A model generated the notes under the pieces. The model was not told the DNA's origin. It did no database searches and saw only the letters and a list, made by a program, of their open reading frames with translations. Position numbers and translations under genes: made by a program. A stretch of 64,000 nt of DNA from Myxococcales bacterium. Its GTDB lineage: Bacteria; Desulfobacterota; Binatia; HRBIN30. Numbering within the stretch: position 1 is the first letter of the stretch; each line of letters starts with the position of its first letter. This document shows, piece by piece, positions 19,465 through 29,052 of the stretch. The stretch spans positions 64,001-128,000 of the forward strand of contig JBBILD010000006.1 in NCBI GenBank assembly GCA_037445065.1, in the 5' to 3' direction.

Positions 19465-20258
19465 GCGGAACTGCGCCACCGGCGAACGCGCTGCAGGCTT
19501 CCCTCGTGCAAGCAAGCTCTTTACCCTGGCACGGTGCCGAGCTTGCCAGCGTACGGCTCGCTGTGTGGCTAGCGCCAGGGGTGAGCTCGGAGGTGGCGGA
19601 ACTCATTGCCGGCTGCGCCCTCGGTAAAGAACATGCGGCAGAACGCTTGGCTCTCGGACGCGGCGCGGTGTGGCTGGCACGAACCGAGAAGGAAGGCTCC
19701 GTACTGGTGCGCCCGTATGTACGCGGGGGCTGGGCGGCGCGCGTGACCACGTACTGGTATTTCGGTTTCCGGCCGCGCTCGCTCGTAGAACTCGAAACCT
19801 TGCTCGTTCTCGCGCAGCGAGGAGTTCCGGTCGTGGAAGGTTTGGCAGCCGCGGCGCGCCGGGTGTCGGGAATCGGATACCGAGCCTGGCTCGCGACCCG
19901 TTACTGGGGGGAAAGCGAGACCCTCTGGGATTGGTGGCGGCGCGGACCCGCCGCCGCCGAGCGTCGGCGCGTGCTGACCGCGGTCGGAGTGGCGCTAGCG
20001 CGCTTGCACCGCGCGGGAGGCGCGCATCCCGATCTCAACGCCCGCAACATTTTGGTGCGAGCTGGCGAAGAGAACGACTGTGTGCGGCTGCTGGACTTCG
20101 ACCGCGCGCGCTGCCACCCGCATCCGCTCGATCCGAGGCCTGCCTTGCGCCGCCTGGCGCGCTCGCTGCGCAAGCTTGACCCGGATGCGCGGGTGGTGCG
20201 CGAAGAAGACTGGACGGCGCTGGAACAGGCCCTGTGGGGCGCCTACGAGCAGCAATGA
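19461..20258 (+). CDS. Kdo kinase (KdkA-like) / LPS kinase
   Basis: GRGAVW, VRPYVRGG, HPDLNARNILV, LLDFDR; TTG start overlaps the ycaR stop. Confidence 0.8.
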   Translation: MSGTAPPANALQASLVQASSLPWHGAELASVRLAVWLAPGVSSEVAELIAGCALGKEHAAERLALGRGAVWLARTEKEGSVLVRPYVRGGWAARVTTYWYFGFRPRSLVELETLLVLAQRGVPVVEGLAAAARRVSGIGYRAWLATRYWGESETLWDWWRRGPAAAERRRVLTAVGVALARLHRAGGAHPDLNARNILVRAGEENDCVRLLDFDRARCHPHPLDPRPALRRLARSLRKLDPDARVVREEDWTALEQALWGAYEQQ

Positions 20259-21292
20259 GTGGTGCCGCGCTGCGCTTTCCGGAGACGCGCCGGCTCTTGA
20301 TCGTCCTCTTGGGCGCGATTGGCGATGTGGTGCGCGCCTTGCCCCTGCTACCGCGCTTGAAAGCCGCTTACCCAGGCGCGGAAATCGGCTGGGCGGTGGA
20401 GCCGCCAGCACGCGACTTGGTCGAAGGGCATCCGCTGGTGGACCGTGCCATTGTCTTTCAACGCGGGGGCGGAGCCCGCGCCTTTGTACCGTTTTTGCGC
20501 GAGGTGCGCCGCTTCCGAGCGGACCTGTCCCTCGACCTGCAGCGGCATTTGAAAAGCGGCGTGGTCAGTTGGGCTTCGCGCGCTCCTGTGCGCCTCGGCT
20601 TCGCCCGCGCCAATTCTCGGGAAGGGAACTGGTTGTTTTCTACCCATCACATTGCCGAGCAGGATCATTTTCGGTCCAAGCTGCTCCAGTACCAGGAGTT
20701 CGCCGATTTTCTCGGAGCACCACCACGGCCGGTAGATTTCGGTTTGCGCTTGAGCGAAGCAGAGGAGAGGCGGGTGGAGACGCTTCTCCAAGAAGTCCGC
20801 CGGCCCTTTGTCGCTGCCTTTGTGGGCTCGAGCTGGCCGAGTCGCGTGTGGTTCCCGGACCGTACCGCGCGGGTGGCCGAGGCGCTGCGCGAGCATGGCA
20901 TCGCGACCGTATTGGTCGGCGGCCCAGGGGAGCGCGAGTTCGCCCGCCAGGTGCGCGAGCAGGCGCGCTGTCGCGTGCACGACCTCACTGGGCAGACGAC
21001 GTTGCGCGAACTGGCTGGCGTCTTCCAGCGTGCCCTGGCTGCATGGGGACCGGATTCGGGTCCCATGCACCTCGCGGCCGCGGTAGGCACGCGGGTGGTG
21101 TCGCTGTGGGGTGCGACCAGCCCGCGCCGTTCCGCCCCGTTTGGCAACGAAGCCGGGGTCATCGTAGGCCAGGCGCCCTGCGTGCCGTGTTACCGCCGGC
21201 GCTGCCCGATTGGCCGGGTGTGCATGCAGAGCATCTCCGCCGAGCGCGTGCTGGCCACCCTCCTCGAGCCTCCAGCCGCAGTGCAACCCTGA
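20255..21292 (+). CDS. Glycosyltransferase family 9 (heptosyltransferase)
   Basis: LGAIGDVV, DLQ..KS, DSGPMHLAAA, LWG.T.P, C-terminal CVPC..RC...CM. Confidence 0.92.
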   Translation: MSGAALRFPETRRLLIVLLGAIGDVVRALPLLPRLKAAYPGAEIGWAVEPPARDLVEGHPLVDRAIVFQRGGGARAFVPFLREVRRFRADLSLDLQRHLKSGVVSWASRAPVRLGFARANSREGNWLFSTHHIAEQDHFRSKLLQYQEFADFLGAPPRPVDFGLRLSEAEERRVETLLQEVRRPFVAAFVGSSWPSRVWFPDRTARVAEALREHGIATVLVGGPGEREFARQVREQARCRVHDLTGQTTLRELAGVFQRALAAWGPDSGPMHLAAAVGTRVVSLWGATSPRRSAPFGNEAGVIVGQAPCVPCYRRRCPIGRVCMQSISAERVLATLLEPPAAVQP

Positions 21293-21384
21293 AGAATCCG
21301 TTGCGTTGGCTCTGCTCGCTTGGCATAGAGGCGCGGCTGGCGCCGGGTTGCCGAGAGAGGCGGCAGCAAGCGAGGTGCGGTGAA

Positions 21385-22602
21385 ATGCAAAAGGTCCGTG
21401 GCTGGGGGTGGCTGGTGCTGGTGATGGGCCTGTGCGCGCGGATGAGCAGCGCAGAGCCGTATTTGGCGGTGCGCGAAGGCATGCCGTGCGGCTCCTGCCA
21501 CGTGAACCGCAACGGCGGCGGTAAGCGGACCGACTTGGTTGCCACCCACGCTGCGGACATCCTGCGTTATCCTGCCTTCCTCGGCCGCTTTTCCCGCCCG
21601 CTGGAAGCGTTTTCGGGGGAAATTACGCCGCTGGTCAGCATCGGCGGCGATTTGCGCTCGAGCGCCAGCCTGGTGTTTCAGGATCGCGGGGTCAATGGCC
21701 GCGTGGACAACGAGAAGGTGTGGCGCGATCGCTTGGAGCAAACTCGCCTGGAAACCACCTTGGCAGCGCTGTACGGCGAGCTTCGTCTCATCCCGGACCA
21801 AGTGACCTTGTACGTAGACCAGCGAGTGGCCCCGACCGTGGACAACCGCGAGGCCTTTGCCCTGCTTTCCGGATTCTTGCCCTGGGACGGTTTCGTGAAG
21901 GTGGGCCGTATGTTCCTGCCTTACGGACTGCAGTTGCAAGACGACGAAGCCTTCATCCGCGGCGGGCGCACGCGTGGCTCGAGTTCGGCAAGCACCGGGT
22001 TTAGTTTCAACCTGCAGGAGTCCGGCGGCGAACTCGGTTTCTCTCCGGGGCCGCTGACGTTGCTGCTCGCGGTGACCGACGGAGCAGGGGCGGACCGCGA
22101 CGTGCGCGTGACCGGTACGGCTTACGTCCTGTTCGACGAAGTGCCTTACTTGCGGAGCGTGCTGTTGGGGAGTTCCTTCTCGCGCGTCGGGCCTCCGGGC
22201 AGCCACACGCAAGTGTTCGGCTTCTTTGCGGGCACCAACTTGGGCCCCCTAACCGTCTTGGGCGAAGCAGATTTTCGCAGCGACAAAAACGCCAATACCC
22301 TCGGGCGTAGCGTGGGCCAGTTCTTGAGCTACGTGGAGGCGAACTACTTGCTGTTCGGGTGGCTCAACGTGAAGGCGGCAGTGGACTACGCTGATTCGGA
22401 CGGGCAAATCAGCCGCACCGTTGCCGGAGCTACGGTGCTCGACACTGCGAACGATGCCGAAAACCGCGTCAGTGTCGGACTCGAGCCGTTCTTGAACCGC
22501 TTTGTGCAACCGCGCTTATTTTACCGCATCAACAACGGCGTGCGCTCGCAGCCCACGCACAACCAAAACGTGCTTCTACTCGAAGCGCACGTGTTCTTTT
22601 GA
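21385..22602 (+). CDS. Monoheme c cytochrome-porin fusion (Cyc2-like architecture)
   Basis: Signal peptide, AEPYLAVREGMP-CGSCH, then ~340 aa of amphipathic beta-strand pattern ending LEAHVFF (C-terminal Phe); start re-called at MQKVRG. Confidence 0.72.
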   Translation: MQKVRGWGWLVLVMGLCARMSSAEPYLAVREGMPCGSCHVNRNGGGKRTDLVATHAADILRYPAFLGRFSRPLEAFSGEITPLVSIGGDLRSSASLVFQDRGVNGRVDNEKVWRDRLEQTRLETTLAALYGELRLIPDQVTLYVDQRVAPTVDNREAFALLSGFLPWDGFVKVGRMFLPYGLQLQDDEAFIRGGRTRGSSSASTGFSFNLQESGGELGFSPGPLTLLLAVTDGAGADRDVRVTGTAYVLFDEVPYLRSVLLGSSFSRVGPPGSHTQVFGFFAGTNLGPLTVLGEADFRSDKNANTLGRSVGQFLSYVEANYLLFGWLNVKAAVDYADSDGQISRTVAGATVLDTANDAENRVSVGLEPFLNRFVQPRLFYRINNGVRSQPTHNQNVLLLEAHVFF

Positions 22603-22747
22603 TTCGCGCCGTGTCCTGCCGCGCCCGCCGTCCGTAAGCCCGTGTCTACGGCCTCAGCGCGGCAAGCGGCTTCGCCGTGCCGCCGCGCGGGCTGGGGCCA
22701 CGCCCTGGGTGTCGCAACTTTCTGGCAAGCGCGATACAGTGCCCCGC

Positions 22748-23143
22748 ATGCAGAAGGAATTCCGAGTGCGCAGCCGCAGGAAGCAGGAGCTGATTGACGT
22801 CACCTCGCAAGTGGCGGACATTGTGCGCGCGAGCGGAGTGAGCGAAGGAATGTGCCACGTCTACGTGACGCACGCCACCGCAGCAGTGGTGGTGAACGAG
22901 AACGACGACCCCAACGTGTGTGAAGACTTGCTCGACTGTCTCGACCGGCTGGTGCCGGCTGGAATCTGGCGGCACGATCGGGTGGACAACAACGCCGCTG
23001 CCCACATCAAGGCTGCCATCCTTGGTCCGGGAGAAACCCTGCCCGTGCGCGAGGGCCGCTTGGTGCTCGGCACCTGGCAAGCGGTAATGGTGGTGGAACT
23101 CGATGGCCCGCGCGAGCGGCGCGTGGTGGTGACGGTACGATGA
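22748..23143 (+). CDS. yjbQ: YjbQ / UPF0047 family protein
   Basis: HATAAVVVNENDDP, HD..NAAAHIKA, LGTWQ, ELDGPR. Confidence 0.92.
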   Translation: MQKEFRVRSRRKQELIDVTSQVADIVRASGVSEGMCHVYVTHATAAVVVNENDDPNVCEDLLDCLDRLVPAGIWRHDRVDNNAAAHIKAAILGPGETLPVREGRLVLGTWQAVMVVELDGPRERRVVVTVR

Positions 23144-24096
23144 GCGAGAAGCCAGCCGGGCAGGGCGAGGACCACGCAGCCCCTGCCGCTGTGCCGCACT
23201 TTGCCGACCGCCTGATCGAGCGCGTGCGTTGGCTTGGCCATCCGCTCTGCCTCGGGCTCGACCCTCACCTCGACCGGTTTCCACCGCTGTTCCGCCGTGG
23301 CTCCATGCAACCGCAGGACCCTGCCACTGCCGACCAGGTGCGCACCTTCTTGCTCGCCGTGCTCGACCGCTACGCGCAACAAGTGGCCGCGGTCAAACCA
23401 CAAGTGGCGTTTTTCGAGCAAATGGGCTGGCGCGGTTGGCAGGTGCTGGAAGCGATTGTGGCGCGCGCCCGCGAACTCGGCTTTCTCGTGATCCTCGACG
23501 GCAAGCGCGCCGATGTGGGTTCGACCGCTGCTGCATACGCATCCTGCTTGCGGCCAGATGCACCGGTGGCGGCAGACGCGCTGACGGTGAATCCGTACCT
23601 CGGGCGCGATGCAGTGCAGCCTTTTCTCGAAGTGGTGCGGACCTTTGGTCGTGGTCTGTTCGTGCTGGTGAAAACCAGCAACCCCGGATCCGCCGATGTT
23701 CAGGACCTCAAGATCGGAGAGCGCTTTTTGTACGAGGTCGTCGCCTCCCTGTGGCAGGAGTCCTGCGCCAGCCTGCGGGGAGCCAGCGGCTGGTCGTCTT
23801 TGGGCGTGGTTGTGGGCGCGACGTATCCAGAGCAAGCGGAGCGAGTGCGCGCACTCCTGCCCGAGGCGTTGTTTTTGGTTCCCGGCTTTGGTGCGCAAGG
23901 TGCCAGCGCCGAGCAAGCCGTGCGCGGCTTCGTACGTGGCCCCAGCGGCATGCGCGAAGGGGGAATCGTGAACGCATCGCGCTCGCTGCTGTTCCCTCCC
24001 GATGCTGCCACCGACAGCGCCCGCACTTGGGAAGCCGCCATAGATCGGGCGCGTGCAACCGCCATCGAAGCCTTGCGCCGGGCTGTGGAAGCTTGA
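23140..24096 (+). CDS. pyrF: Orotidine-5'-phosphate decarboxylase
   Basis: LGLDP, KPQVAFFE, DGKRADVGST, KTSNPGS, VVGAT, PGFGAQG, NASRS. Confidence 0.95.
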   Translation: MSEKPAGQGEDHAAPAAVPHFADRLIERVRWLGHPLCLGLDPHLDRFPPLFRRGSMQPQDPATADQVRTFLLAVLDRYAQQVAAVKPQVAFFEQMGWRGWQVLEAIVARARELGFLVILDGKRADVGSTAAAYASCLRPDAPVAADALTVNPYLGRDAVQPFLEVVRTFGRGLFVLVKTSNPGSADVQDLKIGERFLYEVVASLWQESCASLRGASGWSSLGVVVGATYPEQAERVRALLPEALFLVPGFGAQGASAEQAVRGFVRGPSGMREGGIVNASRSLLFPPDAATDSARTWEAAIDRARATAIEALRRAVEA

Positions 24097-24322
24097 CCCG
24101 TCAGGGCAGGCACGCTTGCCGGAGAGATCGGCGCGGGGAGCAGCTGCTCCGCTTGAGTCGCTCGAAAACCTCGGCCCAGCGAACAAAAGGGAGAGAGCTT
24201 AAAGGGCATGCTCGGTGCCCGTCTGGCCGCGTGTCCACAGGAACATTGTGGATGCGGTTGTGTGCCGCATGTTTCCGGGCCGATGCTTGCTTTGCCTTTG
24301 GCGCCGTTGGTAGAGGCGCGCC

Positions 24323-25840
24323 ATGCAAGCGAGAGGGAGAGGGTGGGTCCGAGCCAGCGGGATCGGGTTTGCGCTAGCGGTCGTCGTGCGCGCCGTGCCG
24401 CTTTGCGCCAGCGACCCCTGCGGGCGCTTTTGCTGGGAGGACGAGCGATTTCGCGGTCAGGTGCGCGCGTCCTATCAAAGCCGGATGGAAGGAGTGAGCA
24501 GCTTTCCGCTCGATCGTTCGGGCACCACGCTGGATTCCAATTTCTTTTTCCTGCCGGTTCTCCGGGTCGGGGCACATCTAGAAAACCGCTACTCGCAGGA
24601 GGTGCTGTGGTCCTTCGACTACGAGCACGATCTGCTTACCGGGACGCAAAACGGGGCACCGGTGGATGCCATCGGTGCCCACCTGCCGAATGGCCGCCGC
24701 ACCCACGACGAAATCCGCCGCTTGTTCTTGCGCACCACCATTCCCGCGGCGCACCTGGTGATCGGCGGTGGCTACACCCTCAGTCACTGGGGCTTGGGCT
24801 TGCTCGCCAACGACGGTGCACACGGCTGGATGCCGGGCAACGCCTATTTTGGCGACCCGCGCAGTGGGGATCGGGTGATCCGTGCCACCATCGGTACCAC
24901 ACCGCTCACTCGTGCCCGGATCGTGCTGCGCGCGGCCTGGGACGACGTGCGCGGGGACGACGTGCTGCTGCGCGGCGACGAGGCCGAACAGTTCATCGGG
25001 AGCGTGCTGGTCGGGCAGGGGTTGGACCATTCCGCTGGGATCTACATTGTGTACCGGCCGCAAGACGCACGCGTACGGCGCGGCTTTGATGTGGTCGTGT
25101 ACGACCTCTTTGCGCAAACCCGCCACGGGCTCGGGAGAGCGGGGTTGTGGACCCTGGGGGGCGAGGTGGCGGTGGTCAACGGCAGCACCTCGCTCGCACC
25201 CACGGTGGATTTTCCCAAGCACGACATCCTGCAAGTGGGCGCCGCGGTGAAGAGCACGCTCGACCGTGGGAATCACGGCTTTGCCTTCGATTTCTTGTTT
25301 GCTTCGGGTGACGAGAATTTCGATGACGAGGAGCAGAACGCGTTCAAGGCGGACCCGAACTTCGAGCTGGGTTTGATCTTGTACCGCTTCGTATTGGCAG
25401 CGCAGACGGCGCGCGCGACCGTAACCGCCGCCGATCCGAACCTCGTGGGTAGGCCGGTGCCCGACCTGGACCGCATCCCCACCCGCGGCGCACCGACCAA
25501 CACCGTGGCGGTTTTTCCGCGTGCTTGGTGGCGCCCGCTCGAGGAACTCACCGTGTATGGCGGTCCGTTGCTGGCGTGGAGCGATGTGCGCCTCGCGGAT
25601 GCGTTCGAGACGCGCATTGCCGGTGGCGACCCGCGCAACGCTCTCGGCGGGCGGCCGGGCCGCTTCTATGGAGCGGAGCTGGACGTGGGTGTGCGCTACC
25701 GCGGCAACTTGCGAGGGTTCGATGTTGCCCTCGGGGGCGAGGGCGGGGTGCTCTTCCCGGGCGGGGCGTTCCGCCGTCTCAGTGGGGGCACCATGAGCGA
25801 AGTGTGGCTCGGCCGAGCCTTTGTCGAAATCGCGTTGTGA
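24323..25840 (+). CDS. Predicted outer-membrane beta-barrel protein (alginate-export-like, uncertain)
   Basis: Signal peptide; SHWGLGLLANDG, FASGD, YGAELD; alternating aromatic/hydrophobic strands. Confidence 0.6.
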   Translation: MQARGRGWVRASGIGFALAVVVRAVPLCASDPCGRFCWEDERFRGQVRASYQSRMEGVSSFPLDRSGTTLDSNFFFLPVLRVGAHLENRYSQEVLWSFDYEHDLLTGTQNGAPVDAIGAHLPNGRRTHDEIRRLFLRTTIPAAHLVIGGGYTLSHWGLGLLANDGAHGWMPGNAYFGDPRSGDRVIRATIGTTPLTRARIVLRAAWDDVRGDDVLLRGDEAEQFIGSVLVGQGLDHSAGIYIVYRPQDARVRRGFDVVVYDLFAQTRHGLGRAGLWTLGGEVAVVNGSTSLAPTVDFPKHDILQVGAAVKSTLDRGNHGFAFDFLFASGDENFDDEEQNAFKADPNFELGLILYRFVLAAQTARATVTAADPNLVGRPVPDLDRIPTRGAPTNTVAVFPRAWWRPLEELTVYGGPLLAWSDVRLADAFETRIAGGDPRNALGGRPGRFYGAELDVGVRYRGNLRGFDVALGGEGGVLFPGGAFRRLSGGTMSEVWLGRAFVEIAL

Positions 25841-25849
25841 GGGGGAACC

Positions 25850-28800
25850 ATGGAGTGGCTTTTGTGGAGACGCGGACTGGCAACGCTTGCCCTCGCCGGA
25901 GCAATCGCGCTGCAGTGCGGTTGCGGCATGTCGGAGTCGGAGGGAGTGGCGCGCTCGGCTCCGGCGCGCACCACGGTGAAGATGGACTTTTTCCATAAAC
26001 CTCTGCCCGAGATCCCCCTACCCAACGACATCGCCACCATTGTCGACCCTTCCTCTCCGACCGGGCGACGCATCAATGCCTCGATGATCGCTCCCACCGA
26101 GTTCGAGCGTCTGACCCGCCGCAAGATGGATGAACTCGACGGCTGGGGAGTGTTCCAACCCATTACCATTCCGTTCACCGGCCCACTCGACATTGCTTCG
26201 ATCGTCGCCGGCCACCGCGACCCGTTGTACGAGACGGCCAACGACGTCGTGTACCTGATTGACATCGATCCCAAGTCGCCCGAGTTCGGCAAGCTCCACT
26301 ACCTCGACGTCGGCAACGGCAATTATCCGATCGTGCTCGAGCGGCGCGACAATTACTGGGCAAACGACCCGCGCGCCGGCACGATCTCGATTTTGTTCGA
26401 AGAAGTGGACGAAGATACCAACCGTAACGGCCAGCTCGATCCGGGCGAAGACACCGACGCCGACGGCGTGCTCGATCGTCCGAATTACTTTCCCGGGGCG
26501 AACCCCGCGCCGGACGACTTGGCAGCGCGGGCGGACGCGATGATGACCTTTTATGAGCGCGAAACGAACACACTGATCGTGCGCCCGCTCGTTCCGCTGC
26601 GCGAACGCACCACGTACGCGGTGGTGGTGACGCGCCGGATCAAGGACATCCACGGCGAACCGGTCGGCTCGCCCTATCCGGCCATCCACCACACGGCGCA
26701 AACCGAGGCGCTGCGCCCGCTGGCGCGCGTCCTCCCTCACGGCCTCCGCCTCGAAGATGTCGCCTTCGCGTTTACCTTCACGACCCAGTCCATAGAGAGC
26801 AACTGGCGCGCGGTGCGCGAGGGGCTTTACGGCTACGGGCCGCAAAGACACCTTGCGCATGAGTTTCCGGCACGGGTGGAAGCCTTGCTCCCGCTGCGCG
26901 ATCCACAGGCTTTCCCCGGGAGCAAGCGCTTGCACTTGATGTACGGCGAGCAGTGGCTCCAGGCGGCGCGCCCGCTGGCCAGCGCTTTTCTGGGGCTGGA
27001 CCCGAATTCCGAAGAGTACCGGCGCTTGGCGGAGTCGCTGCAGTACGTGGACTACTTCGTCATCGGCACCTATCGCTCGCCGCAGTTGTTCCCCCGTACC
27101 GACGCCTCTGGAAACTTCCTGCCGCTCAATGAGCAAGCCTGGCCCGAGGACCTCGAGCGCGTGCCCGCGGCGGCGCGCAGCGAGACCATTTACTTCACTT
27201 TGGCGGTGCCGCGGAAGGAGGTTTCTGCCCGCCGCGACGGCAGGCCCGCACCGGTGGCGATCTTGAGCCACGGCTACACCGGCAACCGCTTTCCGATCAT
27301 GCAGTTTGCGGGCTTCTTTGCACGCCATGGCTTGGCAACCATTGCCATTGACGGTCCGTCGCACGGCATCGGCCTCACGCCGGAGCAGGAGACCTTGGCC
27401 AAGTCTCTCCTGCGGGCCATGGGTTTGGAAGCCGCCGTGGAGGCGACTTTGAGCGACCGCGCGTTCGACCAAAACGGCGACGGGATCAAAGACTCCGGGG
27501 CCGATTTTTGGAGTGCCTATTTGTTCCACACGCGCGACATCGTGCGCCAGTTTATGCTCGATTACTCCCAGCTCGTGCGCATCCTGCGTAGTTGGGACGG
27601 TCGCCGCACGTGGGATTTCGACCTCGGCGACGACGGCGTTGCGGACGTGGCGGGCGATTTTGACGGGGATGGGCATGTGGATGTCGGCGGCGATGCGCCG
27701 ATCATCATGACCGGTGCGTCGCTGGGCGGAATCATGTCCATGTTGATGGGCGGCGCCGAGCCCGAGATTTCCGCCGTCGCCCCGATCGCGGGTGGCGGTG
27801 GGTACGTGGACATCGGCATGCGCACGGTTCAGGGAGGGGCGTTGGAAGCCTTTGTGCTGCGCATGATGGGCCCGCTCTACGTGGGCACGATCGAGGCGAG
27901 CACTGGCCGGATGAATCTGGGGACCGTGGTGGTGGACCTCAACGACGTTGCGACCCGCCCGTTGGGGTCGGTGGCGGGCATCGAGGTCGGCGACACCATG
28001 GTGGTCGAAAATCTACAAAGCGGTGCACGCGGCTGTGGGCTCACCTTGCCCGGTGGACGGGTGCGTGCCTCGTTGCAGAGCGACCGGGGCGATCCGATCC
28101 GCATTGTTTTTTATCCTGGTCCGGTGCTGGTCCCCGGCACCGAATGCGAAGTGCGGCCCGGAGTGCAAGCGAAAGCGGTCCTGGACCGTTTCCAAGCGGA
28201 CTTCGTCTATCAGGGGCAAACCTTCCGGGCCGGCGAGCCGTTGCGTGCTCTGGAAGACGGCCTGGGGCGCGCCCGCAATACACCTGAGATTCGTCGCCTG
28301 GGCTCGCTCGGGCAGTTGGTGGTGGATCCGGCGGACCCGGTCGTGTTTGCGCGCCATTTGCTGCTCGAACCCCTCGAGTTCCCGTACACGCGCAAGCGAA
28401 CCGGGAGCCACGCGCTGGTGATTACTTCGCAAGGCGACATGAACGTGCCGGCCAGTTCGGGCGTGACCTTCGGACGCGCGGCCGGGCTGATCCCGTTTCT
28501 CGAGGCCGACCCTCGCTACGGCCGCTCTCCGAATCAGGTGCTGATTGACACGTACACTGCCGAGGCCGTGGACAACCTCAAACGCCACATGGACGCGCAA
28601 GGACGTGGCGTGCACCTGGATGTCGAGAACTTCAGCGGTGGCGACGACATTTGGGGTCCCTCGTACCCGCGCCTCGACCCGCCTTTGCGCTTGGGCTTCG
28701 ACCGCTGGGATCCACTGGGCGGGCGCTCAGCCGCGATCTTCCCGCTTACCCGCGACACCGGCGAGCACGGGTTCAGCTTGCCCGGTGCGATGATTGATGA

Positions 28801-29026
28801 CTTCCGCGCCAAGTGCCGCGCCGAATGCCCCATTCCCGGCACTGGCGACCCCTGCAATTGCCGGACGCAAACCAGCTACGACATCGGCTCCTTCTTGATC
28901 AACATGCTCGCCCGTTTCTTGGTGACCAACGGAACGGAACTGAGCGCCGATCTCTGCCAGTCGCGCAACGATTGCCCCGATTATCCCCCACCCCCTCCAC
29001 CGCGCAGCGCCGCGGAGTTGATGTAA
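25850..29026 (+). CDS. Large lipoprotein alpha/beta-hydrolase (extracellular lipase-like) with Ca-binding DxDxDG loops
   Basis: Lipoprotein-like signal ending in Cys; IPLPND N-terminal motif; HGYTG, nucleophile GASLGG, GDMNVP, GEHGF; DTNRNG/DTDADG/DQNGDG/DFDGDG loops; Cys-rich C-terminus. Confidence 0.75.
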   Translation: MEWLLWRRGLATLALAGAIALQCGCGMSESEGVARSAPARTTVKMDFFHKPLPEIPLPNDIATIVDPSSPTGRRINASMIAPTEFERLTRRKMDELDGWGVFQPITIPFTGPLDIASIVAGHRDPLYETANDVVYLIDIDPKSPEFGKLHYLDVGNGNYPIVLERRDNYWANDPRAGTISILFEEVDEDTNRNGQLDPGEDTDADGVLDRPNYFPGANPAPDDLAARADAMMTFYERETNTLIVRPLVPLRERTTYAVVVTRRIKDIHGEPVGSPYPAIHHTAQTEALRPLARVLPHGLRLEDVAFAFTFTTQSIESNWRAVREGLYGYGPQRHLAHEFPARVEALLPLRDPQAFPGSKRLHLMYGEQWLQAARPLASAFLGLDPNSEEYRRLAESLQYVDYFVIGTYRSPQLFPRTDASGNFLPLNEQAWPEDLERVPAAARSETIYFTLAVPRKEVSARRDGRPAPVAILSHGYTGNRFPIMQFAGFFARHGLATIAIDGPSHGIGLTPEQETLAKSLLRAMGLEAAVEATLSDRAFDQNGDGIKDSGADFWSAYLFHTRDIVRQFMLDYSQLVRILRSWDGRRTWDFDLGDDGVADVAGDFDGDGHVDVGGDAPIIMTGASLGGIMSMLMGGAEPEISAVAPIAGGGGYVDIGMRTVQGGALEAFVLRMMGPLYVGTIEASTGRMNLGTVVVDLNDVATRPLGSVAGIEVGDTMVVENLQSGARGCGLTLPGGRVRASLQSDRGDPIRIVFYPGPVLVPGTECEVRPGVQAKAVLDRFQADFVYQGQTFRAGEPLRALEDGLGRARNTPEIRRLGSLGQLVVDPADPVVFARHLLLEPLEFPYTRKRTGSHALVITSQGDMNVPASSGVTFGRAAGLIPFLEADPRYGRSPNQVLIDTYTAEAVDNLKRHMDAQGRGVHLDVENFSGGDDIWGPSYPRLDPPLRLGFDRWDPLGGRSAAIFPLTRDTGEHGFSLPGAMIDDFRAKCRAECPIPGTGDPCNCRTQTSYDIGSFLINMLARFLVTNGTELSADLCQSRNDCPDYPPPPPPRSAAELM

Positions 29027-29052
29027 GGGCGACCGCGCAGTCGCCCCTACTT

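Noticed and set aside
20080..21384. 840-aa ORF read as one fusion protein
   Set aside because: The first ~435 codons overlap the GT9 gene in another frame; the real gene starts at 21385
24231..24255. Inverted TCCACA/TGTGGA pair as DnaA boxes or an origin
   Set aside because: Two mismatches each, no box cluster and no AT-rich unwinding element
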